Part shown: positions 10,457 to 18,939 of the stretch, one piece after another
Position numbering within the stretch: position 1 is the stretch's first letter
How the letters are laid out: the number at the start of each line of letters is the position of its first letter
Assembly (NCBI GenBank): GCA_050011875.1
Contig: JBEKIG010000009.1
Span: 24,772 to 88,771, forward strand
Reading direction: 5' to 3'
DNA from: Nitrososphaeria archaeon
GTDB lineage: Archaea; Thermoproteota; Nitrososphaeria; JACIWG01
Length of the DNA stretch: 64,000 nt
Position numbers and translations under genes: made by a program
The notes under the pieces: model-generated
Databases searched by the model: none
Told to the model about the DNA's origin: nothing
Seen by the model: only the letters and a program-made list of their open reading frames with translations

Positions 10457-12151
10457 GTGCGAGAAAACTTGGAAAGGAATCTTACCGATAAAGTCATCGC
10501 CTTAGCAAAGAGAAGAGGGTTTTTTTGGCAGGCTTATGAAGCCTACGGCGGTACTGGAGGATTCTATGTCCTCGGAGACCTTGGTACGAGACTTAAAGAA
10601 AATATCGTTAAGCTATGGAAAGAAATGTTCCTCGAGCCGTACGGGTTTATTGAAATAGAGTCTCCTACGATAGCACCTTATTCGGTGTTCGAAGCTTCAG
10701 GACATGTGGGATCATTTAAAGATGCGATGGCCGAGTGCTTGAAATGTACCAACAAGTATCGTGCAGACCACCTTCTTGCCGAACAGGGCGTAAATGTCTC
10801 AGAATCAACCGAACTTAATACACTCGAGAAACTCCTAAACGAGAACAAGATAAAATGCCCCGAATGCGGAAGCATCACGTGGAAAGTAAGTGCCTTTCTG
10901 ACGATGTTTCAAACAAACATCGGGCCTTATGGCGAAAACATAGGATTCCTTAGGCCAGAAACAGCGCAAGGTATGTTTGTCGAATTCAAGCAGCTATATG
11001 AAAGTAACAGAGCGAGAATACCGATAGGTGTAGCCCAGGTGGGTAAAGCATACAGAAACGAAATTTCTCCGAGGCAAGGGCTCATTCGTCTGAGAGAGTT
11101 TTCTCAGATCGAATTAGAATTCTTTTTTAATCCTTCGTACAACAAGTGCGAGCACTTAGATAAAGTTGAAGACATAAAGATGAACCTTTTAGACGAATTG
11201 AAGGTCGGTCAAGGTGACGAGACACCGTACAAAGTTTCGGCAAAGGAAGCAGTTGAAAAAGGCTTTGTTAAACAGGAATGGCTCGCATTCTTTATGGCAC
11301 TGTCTCAGAAGTTCATGCACGAACTTGGTATAAACTCTGATGACATCAGATTTAAGGCGAAGCTGGTGGGGGAGAGAGCGCACTATTCAGCGCAAACTTT
11401 TGATCAAGAAGTCCTGACCGAAAAATACGGTTGGGTTGAAGTAGCTGGCCACGCGTACAGACAGGATTACGATCTTAAATCTCATTCCTTAAAGGGGAAC
11501 GTTGACATGCACATTGTCGAAGAACTTAAGGAACCTATCAAAGTAAAGAAGACGCTCGCATACCCTAATTCAGTTAAAGTCAGGGAAGAATTTAAAGAGA
11601 AGGCTTCAGAAGTTTTTAAGGCCATTTCTAAGTTTGATTCCAAAACACTGGCGCAGGAACTGGAGGAAAAAGGTAAAGTTGAAATCAGAGGAAGGGACAT
11701 GGGAAAAGAATATTTTATATTCAAAGAGGTAGACGAAACCGTTGCTACGAGAAAGTATATTCCTCACGTCATAGAACCAAGTTTTGGAATAGAGCGAATA
11801 ATCAACGCGATATTAGAACACGCTTACAGGGAGAAGGAGGACAGAACTATACTTTCTTTAAATGATAGGATAGCACCGTACAGGTATGCGGTTTTTCCTC
11901 TGGTCAAGAAAGACGGTTTAGACGCTAAAGCAAAAGAAGTCTACAACCTGGTCAAGACAAAAGATGTGAGGACGTTATATGATGACGACGGTTCTATAGG
12001 GAGAAGATACGCTAGAGTTGATGAGATAGGGGTGTCTAAAGCTATTACGATAGATTACCAGACCTTAGAGGATGAAACAGTAACCGTAAGGAGTAGAGAT
12101 AGTTGGGACCAGGTAAGGGTTAACATAAAGCACCTTTTGACAGCTCTTTAG
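10457..12151 (+). CDS. glyS: Glycyl-tRNA synthetase (archaeal/eukaryal alpha2 type)
   Basis: LAKRRGF, LRPETAQG, YRNEISPRQGLIRLREFSQ, IEPSFGIER, SIGRRYARVDEIG. Confidence 0.98.
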   Translation: MRENLERNLTDKVIALAKRRGFFWQAYEAYGGTGGFYVLGDLGTRLKENIVKLWKEMFLEPYGFIEIESPTIAPYSVFEASGHVGSFKDAMAECLKCTNKYRADHLLAEQGVNVSESTELNTLEKLLNENKIKCPECGSITWKVSAFLTMFQTNIGPYGENIGFLRPETAQGMFVEFKQLYESNRARIPIGVAQVGKAYRNEISPRQGLIRLREFSQIELEFFFNPSYNKCEHLDKVEDIKMNLLDELKVGQGDETPYKVSAKEAVEKGFVKQEWLAFFMALSQKFMHELGINSDDIRFKAKLVGERAHYSAQTFDQEVLTEKYGWVEVAGHAYRQDYDLKSHSLKGNVDMHIVEELKEPIKVKKTLAYPNSVKVREEFKEKASEVFKAISKFDSKTLAQELEEKGKVEIRGRDMGKEYFIFKEVDETVATRKYIPHVIEPSFGIERIINAILEHAYREKEDRTILSLNDRIAPYRYAVFPLVKKDGLDAKAKEVYNLVKTKDVRTLYDDDGSIGRRYARVDEIGVSKAITIDYQTLEDETVTVRSRDSWDQVRVNIKHLLTAL

Positions 12152-12870
12152 ATTTTCGATATTAAAGGTTTTACCTTCTGCAATTTGGACAAACTGGCTA
12201 TGATATCGTTTTCACTTGGTAAAACAGTTACGCCGAGAACGATGCAATCTTTCTTTGATATTTCTATGGCAAGAGGATCTACTTCTTTGGGCCCATGCAA
12301 TATTACCATCCTTGGCTTTATCTGGGAGACCCTTACTGCTACAATCGGTGAGCGTCCCAGACCCACCTTGGTAAAGACGAGAACACGTTCTGAATTGTAG
12401 CCGAAGATCTTTATGAAATCCAAGCCAGACATTGTAAGAATAGTCTTGATGCTATCTAAAACCGTGTAACCGTGAATTTGTTTATTAATGCAGTCCTCTC
12501 CAGCCAAGACATCGGCTTTAAGGGCGTCAATTACCTGTTTTACAGAAACAGGATGTTCATATTCTCCAATGGAAAGAATAGCTGATTCACTTATAGGAAC
12601 ATCCAGCTTCCCAAGTATTCTATTAAACTTCTGGTCTATTTCTACAAGACCCTTAACATATTTCTTTACGAAGATTGTCCCAGGGGAACTCCTCTTTCCA
12701 CTTTCGTAATCGCTTAATACAGCAGGTGAAATACCAAGCTGTCTTGCTAAATCCACCTGTTTGATGTTCAGCTTCTCCCTCCAAATCTTCAGGGAAATTC
12801 CTACGTTTTCACTTAGTACAATGTCACCGACAATCTTCCTCAGAATCTCATCGTATTGTAGAGACATCAC
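12148..12870 (-). CDS. XRE-family HTH regulator, conserved archaeal COG1709-like
   Basis: N-terminal WRE..NIKQVDLA..LGISPAVLSDYESGKR; C-terminal GYTVLDS, VFTKVG.GRSP.VAVRV. Confidence 0.88.
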   Translation of the reverse strand: MMSLQYDEILRKIVGDIVLSENVGISLKIWREKLNIKQVDLARQLGISPAVLSDYESGKRSSPGTIFVKKYVKGLVEIDQKFNRILGKLDVPISESAILSIGEYEHPVSVKQVIDALKADVLAGEDCINKQIHGYTVLDSIKTILTMSGLDFIKIFGYNSERVLVFTKVGLGRSPIVAVRVSQIKPRMVILHGPKEVDPLAIEISKKDCIVLGVTVLPSENDIIASLSKLQKVKPLISKI

Positions 12871-12941
12871 TATAATCTAAAATTCACTGTTTAAAAATGT
12901 TTAAGTGACCAAAACTCAGAGGGAAAGATCTAAAGGCTTGC

Positions 12942-14411
12942 CTATCTGGCTACTATCTGCAAATCGTTCTTGAAGAATCTTTTTGTTTCTCCTAATGCCT
13001 GGAAATCTGTTGGAGCCACTTGAATGAGCGATGGCATATTCGCTGCAACCCTGCCGATTACAAGACAATGACGTTGTGGTAAAGTCCGAACAAGGGATTC
13101 TATAGTGTCGACATCGACGGTTGAAGCTCTAGAAACCATTCCAAGATCGTTACTGTTTACAAAATTAAATAGGAAGATGTTGTCGGCTTGTCGATAGATT
13201 CCCTGAGGTATTGCATCAGGCTGGTTTGTAATAAAGGTTGTAAAGATTCCGTAATGGCGCATTCTTGTTATCATATCATCCCAATAAGTGTCTCTAAGGT
13301 AAAGATGAGCTTCTTCAGCAAACAGAAAAGTTGGTGGGATCCTATTGCTTTCTAGAAGATCGCATATTTTGTTCAAAATCGCCTCCACAACGATCTTTCT
13401 TGTCAGAGAAGAGGTTTTACCCAGCTGTATTATGAACGCTACCCCATCACCATGTTGACGGAACAGCTTTTCAAGTTCAAAGGTTTTTTCGATTTCGTCT
13501 GAAAAAAGTCTTGAAGACAGAATAGAATAGTATCTTGTAAAGAGCGCATCTCTCACAAACTCATTACACTTCCAACTCTGTATTGTTTCACCAAGATTCT
13601 TGATCGTTAAACACCCTTTCGACTCCAGACTGTCTATGATACGAATAAACTCCCTTAACGAGACACCAGGAGTATCCAATACATTCTGCAGCACGTTAAC
13701 GAGGGTTCGCTTACCAATATAGCTTAAGGAAAATAAAAGATTTTCCCCGGGCTTAAGACACATAACCTTCCTAGTGATGCCGTTATCTGAACCGTCGCTT
13801 CTTTTTGAGATACCTCTATATTCGTTGTTTATATCAAAGACTATTACGTAAGCGCCATTCTCGACGAGTTTTGATACGAGCATCTTTGATAAATGCGATT
13901 TTCCAGACTCCTTCTTTCCCGTTATTATGTTTAGCTGTCCGTCCAGATTATTTAAACTGATATGGTAAGGTTCACCGTCTGAAGTAATTCCTATCGTAAT
14001 GTTCATGTCAGTTTTGCCTAATATTCTTGAATAGAGATCTTTTATTCTAACGCGTTTAATCTTGGAAGCTGTTCTAGAAGGAAGCCACGCCGATATCGGT
14101 ATGAACTTACCTTCTTCGAATGAACCCCTTATCTTGCATTTAAGAAAACGCATGTCCATGAGCATATAAGATAGCGCCCCTATCTGCAACGGATCGTTTT
14201 CCGTCGAAGGGGCTGAAGATTTAATAACTTCGTCTCTTACAATATCGTCTAGGAAATTTGATGAATCGAGGTACGTTTCTTCATAGATTTGGACAACCAT
14301 TTCTTTATTAACGGTGTTATCCTCGATTATCAGATACTCTCCCTTCTGTATTTCTTCGCTCGGTAACGCGAGAACAACGATTTCGTCGCCTTTTTTCGAT
14401 ACGATTCTCAT
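12942..14411 (-). CDS. HerA/FtsK-like (DUF87) ATPase
   Basis: N-terminal beta-rich (HAS-barrel-like) region; Walker A GKKESGKS; FDINNEY; Walker B LFAEEAH; RMRHYG; TNQP. Confidence 0.88.
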   Translation of the reverse strand: MRIVSKKGDEIVVLALPSEEIQKGEYLIIEDNTVNKEMVVQIYEETYLDSSNFLDDIVRDEVIKSSAPSTENDPLQIGALSYMLMDMRFLKCKIRGSFEEGKFIPISAWLPSRTASKIKRVRIKDLYSRILGKTDMNITIGITSDGEPYHISLNNLDGQLNIITGKKESGKSHLSKMLVSKLVENGAYVIVFDINNEYRGISKRSDGSDNGITRKVMCLKPGENLLFSLSYIGKRTLVNVLQNVLDTPGVSLREFIRIIDSLESKGCLTIKNLGETIQSWKCNEFVRDALFTRYYSILSSRLFSDEIEKTFELEKLFRQHGDGVAFIIQLGKTSSLTRKIVVEAILNKICDLLESNRIPPTFLFAEEAHLYLRDTYWDDMITRMRHYGIFTTFITNQPDAIPQGIYRQADNIFLFNFVNSNDLGMVSRASTVDVDTIESLVRTLPQRHCLVIGRVAANMPSLIQVAPTDFQALGETKRFFKNDLQIVAR

Positions 14412-15460
14412 ATGCTTGTAGAACCTCCTTCAAACTTTAATCCGCCTAGGAGCGATTTTCTCAGCCTAGTTGCGGGAACCTGTATTATGTTAAGAGAACG
14501 AGCTAAGGCACTTTTAATAGAGACCTGTTCAACGTTGTTGAATATTGAAATACTGTGTGACATTATTAACGATTCGGGGTAACCGAGTCTGAAGCCGTCA
14601 TTGTTTAAAATCTTTCCAAGCACGCTGTCAACATCGAAGTAAGAATGATACGGTATATCTGTCCTAAATGCGTAACCATGCTTCTTGAACTTTACAACAA
14701 AAATGTGGCCTTCGACCTTAGACAGCATACTGTCTATGATATGGTGCACATCAACTTTGACTGGAGCGTAGTTTAAAATTTCTAGATAGTTCGCCACCCT
14801 TTTAATGAACTTCAGTTTACTACTTTTTGAAATACCCACTATCGTGTTAGCGTTTCCTTGTGCACATTCTATTATTTCTTTGAGACTGAATCCTTCGACT
14901 TCAAAAATTGAAGACCTCAGTGATCCATCGCATAGGATCAAGCTGCCATTTAATACTGTGGACATATACTTTAAGACCTCTCTTTCTATTACAACCCTCA
15001 CCATATTCTTGGCGTACTCATGCTCTGAGATTACAAGCTTTACAAGCTTCTCCCTAAGACGGTTGTCGTGATAGACCTGTCTCATCGCCTGCTCGTCAAC
15101 ATAAACAACATACGGTCCATAGATATGGTACGCTTTAGGTTTTCCATTATAATATATTGAAACTCCTGATTTAACGGCATAGAGAGCACCCTGTTCTGTT
15201 TCCCCTATTGATATACATGAAGAATCTATGCCTGCAACGTCGCAGAGTTCTTCTAGCTGTTCAAAAGGTTCGACATTTAATGGTATAGGTGAAGTAAACA
15301 ATGAAACTATCGGCTTAAGCTCGTCACAGTCTCTCTCATGAAACATTATCTTCATGCCAAAAACTTTGTTAACATCAAAAAGGTGTGTGAAGGTTTGATC
15401 GAAGACTTTAACTTTATTATCTTGCATATTTTCTAGAGGAACATTTATTTTGTTGTTCAT
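14408..15460 (-). CDS. NurA-family nuclease
   Basis: AGIDSS, LILCDGSL, GISKSS and GYPESLIMSH motifs; ATGA overlap with the HerA-like gene; start placed at 15460 from TATA TTTATATT at 15496-15489. Confidence 0.82.
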   Translation of the reverse strand: MNNKINVPLENMQDNKVKVFDQTFTHLFDVNKVFGMKIMFHERDCDELKPIVSLFTSPIPLNVEPFEQLEELCDVAGIDSSCISIGETEQGALYAVKSGVSIYYNGKPKAYHIYGPYVVYVDEQAMRQVYHDNRLREKLVKLVISEHEYAKNMVRVVIEREVLKYMSTVLNGSLILCDGSLRSSIFEVEGFSLKEIIECAQGNANTIVGISKSSKLKFIKRVANYLEILNYAPVKVDVHHIIDSMLSKVEGHIFVVKFKKHGYAFRTDIPYHSYFDVDSVLGKILNNDGFRLGYPESLIMSHSISIFNNVEQVSIKSALARSLNIIQVPATRLRKSLLGGLKFEGGSTSI

Positions 15461-15547
15461 GTTGAACAATATAGGTGGGCAGTGATAGAATATAAATGTT
15501 GCGCAAGTTGAACAACAACAATATAATATGGTGTGAGATTTGAACAA
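15453..15547. promoter_or_regulatory. Divergent promoter with TTGTTCA-N3-TGAACAA palindrome and extra half-sites
   Basis: Perfect 7-3-7 inverted repeat at 15453-15469; TTGAACAA again at 15508-15515 and 15540-15547; TATA-like element at 15489-15497. Confidence 0.5.
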
Positions 15548-15917
15548 CCTTGTTAAGGTCAAGATAAAGAGAGGAAGCTGGGAGATAGAAGTTGAATGTG
15601 ACGAAGAAAAAGTCGCTGATGTGGTTTCTAAAGTTCTAGCTGGATTTGACAGCGGTATATCAAGCGTTCAAACAGGGGACGTAAAGGACACCGGTGGAGT
15701 TACATGCCGGGGTTTACTTGACAACATGTGGAGAGAAGGCTGGTTTATGGTTTCTAAGAGGCTTTCTGAAGTTGACGAAGAACTAGCTAGAAGAGGCTAT
15801 CACTATGATAGGTCAGCTATTTCTCATGCCTTAACAGACCTTGTTAGAGAGGGTATATTGACTAGGGAAGGTGAGTCCAGAAATTATCATTACGTACAGA
15901 AGAAGCCGCCGTTATAA
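15540..15917 (+). CDS. Winged-helix protein with N-terminal beta-beta-alpha module
   Basis: N-term VKIKRGSWEIEVEC; C-term KRLSEVDEELARRGY..DRSAISHALTDLVREGILTREG wHTH pattern. Confidence 0.8.
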   Translation: MNNLVKVKIKRGSWEIEVECDEEKVADVVSKVLAGFDSGISSVQTGDVKDTGGVTCRGLLDNMWREGWFMVSKRLSEVDEELARRGYHYDRSAISHALTDLVREGILTREGESRNYHYVQKKPPL

Positions 15918-15919
15918 AT

Positions 15920-16420
15920 CTACGTTTTTGATTTCTTTTGAAGTTGTTGTCTTAACCATTCTATTCCTAATGTGGTCATCTTATAGGTCACACCCTTCTC
16001 TGAAGACTCCCTTTCGACATGGTTGGCCTTCACTAGTTCACTGATCCTTGAACTAATGCTCTTTGAATTAAGTCCAGTACTTGACTGAATCTCCTGTAGA
16101 GATAGACTTAGTGAAGCCTTCTTGCCCAGAAGATATTCGATCTTTGCTGCGATTAACTGCAAAGAAATGATCTCTTTATCACTAAGGTCAGTTGACCAGA
16201 TTCTTGCACCCTCAGGGGTGATTCTGATGAAGTTAGAGAATGAAATCATTAGATCGTTCAAACTAAAATTTGAGGAAATCTTTTGTGCAAGATCGTACTG
16301 AGGAAGCTGCTGCTGAACGAATTGATTGAACTGCCGCACCACTTCTTCGGGCGAGCCTGAAAATTCTATTCTTAAAAGGCCGAATGTTATCGTCACATTT
16401 ACCTTATTTGTTTCCGACAT
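15920..16420 (-). CDS. Winged-helix protein with N-terminal beta-beta-alpha module
   Basis: N-term VTITFGLLRIEFSGSPEEV; C-term LSLQEIQSSTGLNSKSISSRISELVKANHVER...YKMTTLG. Confidence 0.8.
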   Translation of the reverse strand: MSETNKVNVTITFGLLRIEFSGSPEEVVRQFNQFVQQQLPQYDLAQKISSNFSLNDLMISFSNFIRITPEGARIWSTDLSDKEIISLQLIAAKIEYLLGKKASLSLSLQEIQSSTGLNSKSISSRISELVKANHVERESSEKGVTYKMTTLGIEWLRQQLQKKSKT

Positions 16421-16953
16421 TATACATTACCATGTCCTTCCGCAGGATTTATTGGTTTCGTTGTATCTAACTCTTGTGGAGCCTGCTCAGCTACCGCAGA
16501 AATTAACTGCAAGTAAAGGTATTCGCCTGATTCATTTTTGAATCTTCTAACCTTACCTCCTTTTGTAAGTCTAAGAAGGGTTACCGCTGTAGTTGATCTG
16601 GTCAAAGGGAAACCCAGTGTTTCGAGCACTTTCCTTATCTCTTCCAACTTTCTCGGCTTTTTACCCCAACTTGAATTAACAATTTTAACTATGATATCCC
16701 CTATCGAATCTTCCTTGAAAATCTGTATCGGCGGTAATTGCAGATCAGATTGTTGTGGCAACGTCTTTAATTCATCCTGTCTCGTTTGAGTACTCTCATT
16801 TACGATTACAGAACTTTGGCTGTGAACAGCTACTTGTTTAGCTTCCTTTGTTGCGTCGACGATTCTCGGAATTAGGTCGATAGAGGTGATTATTTCATCT
16901 ATTGTACCTTCAAATTCTACTTCCGAATAGCCTACATTCACCCTTAAGCGCAT
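16420..16953 (-). CDS. Winged-helix protein with N-terminal beta-beta-alpha module
   Basis: N-term LRVNVGYSEVEFEGTIDEI; C-term PRKLEEIRKVLETLG..LTRSTTAVTLLRLTKGGKVRR; TAATG overlap with next gene. Confidence 0.8.
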   Translation of the reverse strand: MRLRVNVGYSEVEFEGTIDEIITSIDLIPRIVDATKEAKQVAVHSQSSVIVNESTQTRQDELKTLPQQSDLQLPPIQIFKEDSIGDIIVKIVNSSWGKKPRKLEEIRKVLETLGFPLTRSTTAVTLLRLTKGGKVRRFKNESGEYLYLQLISAVAEQAPQELDTTKPINPAEGHGNV

Positions 16954-17044
16954 ATCTATCTTGCAAACTTTCCTGTAAACACGATATAAAGATTTTCAAA
17001 AAAATGAAGTAGAACTGCCCTTACAAAGCTTGATAAAGTTTACT

Positions 17045-18937
17045 TTATTGTTTACTCTCCACAACTTTTCTTATTTCTTCCTTGAGAATAGCCGAAACAA
17101 CTCTACCGTCAACCTTTCCTCTGACTCTACGCATAACTTCACCCATTAGAGCACCAAAGCTTCGATCTTTTTGCTCCTCTATAAGGTTCAAATTGGAGTT
17201 TACAGTCTCTGAGATGATGTTTTTCAATTCATTCTCAGATATTGATCTCAAACCGATTTTTTCAGCCGACGTCTTTGCATCGACTTTATTCTTGCACATG
17301 TGACGCATAATATCAAGGGAACTTTCTTTCGAAACTACTCCCGAATCTATGAGATCGAACAGCTCGGCACACCTCTGCTCATCTAGAAATGAAGTGTCAA
17401 AACCTTCTCTGCTCAGGCTAACAATAGACTCTGTAAGTGTGACAACAACGTAAGTTGGGGATAATTTCGTTCTAGCACAAGTTTTTTCAAAAAGAGAAAG
17501 ATAATTCGAATCAAGAAGTTGAACCGCAAGTTTTTCGTTAATGCCATATCTGTTTATGTAATCTTTTATAATTTCATTCCAAGGTTTAGGGACGCCCCTA
17601 CTACATTCCTTGAGAAGCTGTTCCGTCACTTGTATAAGAGGAATATCGGTTTCAGGGTACATTCTTGCAGCACCAGGTCTCGGCCTTGAGTACTTAGTTC
17701 TTCCTTCAGGCAGTGGACCTCTGGTTTCAGGTGGAGGGCCATCAAAGAATATTAGAGCCCTTTGACGCACAGCTGACAGAGCGGCTTCATCTTTTTTGGA
17801 AGCAAAGATCAGAAAGAAACCGTCCTGAACCTCGGTACCAAGCATCTTCTTTACTTGCTCAATTTCTTCCAAAGTTATGTCGTAAGAAGGTAATTCATCA
17901 GAATGCAGGATGCCACCTAAGCCATTAGCTCTAGCCATTTCTGCAAGCTCTAACCCCAATCTAACGTTAGGAAATGGCTCAGCACCAAGAAGCCCCTTAA
18001 ATCCAATGAGCTTAATTCCGTAAACATTTTTACCACTGTCAAGTGACTTCTTAACGATTTGGGAATAGGTGTTTTGGAACATTTTTGATACGTCAACATA
18101 GAGCCCAATAGACGAACTAGATGTTAACCCTCTTTCTTTAAGAGATTGTGCTATCTGGTAGAGGTAGTCCTGCCTAAACGCCTCATACTCTACAATCTTG
18201 GGTATGAGATCAAGTTTCTGCACTCCCTTAACTTCCGAAGGAAGAAGATTGTGAACTGAAATGTTAAGATCTTGCCTTATAGATCCAATTCCCCTAGCCA
18301 CCAATTTCGTGAGACGTAAGAGCCTTCCTAGTTCGAGTGCAACCCTCTCAACCATCTTAGGTTCTACAGACATCGGCGTCAGTGCGATCTCAACAAGGGG
18401 TATTCCAAGGCGATCTAAAGAGTAAATTCTAGAATCATTACTGTCTTCGATTATTCTCGCAGCATCTTCTTCTAGAGACACCGTCTGAACTGGAACTATA
18501 AGTTCATCGACCTTTAATGACCCACCTAGAGCTACAAGAACCGTTCGCTGGAAGCCGGTTGTGTTTGAGCCATCAATAACGATCTTTCTCATAACATGCA
18601 TTTCCTGTACAATATTGGAGTCTAAAGCTAAAGCTATTGTAATTGCTGCCTTTGCAGCGTCAAGGTTTATTGGATGGGGAGGCTCTTCATCACATTCGAC
18701 CAAACACGCTCCATCCTTGTTGTAGAGATATACGTTCTTCTTGCCCTTCCTGAATTCATAAAGGACCGCAGGATCCATCTGGCCTAGCTCGCTCTGGGTG
18801 GGTCTAAGTCTTCTCATTATCTTTGAGTGCACTATATCAGTTTCCAATGGGGGACAATCACAGAACAATTTTTTCCCTACATCAAGCTGTTGATGGATTT
18901 CCAGTCCCGCTTTGAAACCAACTTGCTTATAGTCCAA
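17045..18937 (-). CDS. gatE: Glu-tRNA(Gln) amidotransferase subunit E
   Basis: GLEIHQQL, KIVIDGSNTTGFQRT, LEEDAAR, LDRLGIPLVEI, PGAARMYPETD. Confidence 0.98.
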   Translation of the reverse strand: MDYKQVGFKAGLEIHQQLDVGKKLFCDCPPLETDIVHSKIMRRLRPTQSELGQMDPAVLYEFRKGKKNVYLYNKDGACLVECDEEPPHPINLDAAKAAITIALALDSNIVQEMHVMRKIVIDGSNTTGFQRTVLVALGGSLKVDELIVPVQTVSLEEDAARIIEDSNDSRIYSLDRLGIPLVEIALTPMSVEPKMVERVALELGRLLRLTKLVARGIGSIRQDLNISVHNLLPSEVKGVQKLDLIPKIVEYEAFRQDYLYQIAQSLKERGLTSSSSIGLYVDVSKMFQNTYSQIVKKSLDSGKNVYGIKLIGFKGLLGAEPFPNVRLGLELAEMARANGLGGILHSDELPSYDITLEEIEQVKKMLGTEVQDGFFLIFASKKDEAALSAVRQRALIFFDGPPPETRGPLPEGRTKYSRPRPGAARMYPETDIPLIQVTEQLLKECSRGVPKPWNEIIKDYINRYGINEKLAVQLLDSNYLSLFEKTCARTKLSPTYVVVTLTESIVSLSREGFDTSFLDEQRCAELFDLIDSGVVSKESSLDIMRHMCKNKVDAKTSAEKIGLRSISENELKNIISETVNSNLNLIEEQKDRSFGALMGEVMRRVRGKVDGRVVSAILKEEIRKVVESKQ

Positions 18938-18939
18938 TC

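Noticed and set aside
12148-12870. XRE regulator as part of the NurA/HerA module
   Set aside because: It belongs to a broadly conserved archaeal family and has its own TATA-like element in the 71-nt gap, so linkage is not supported
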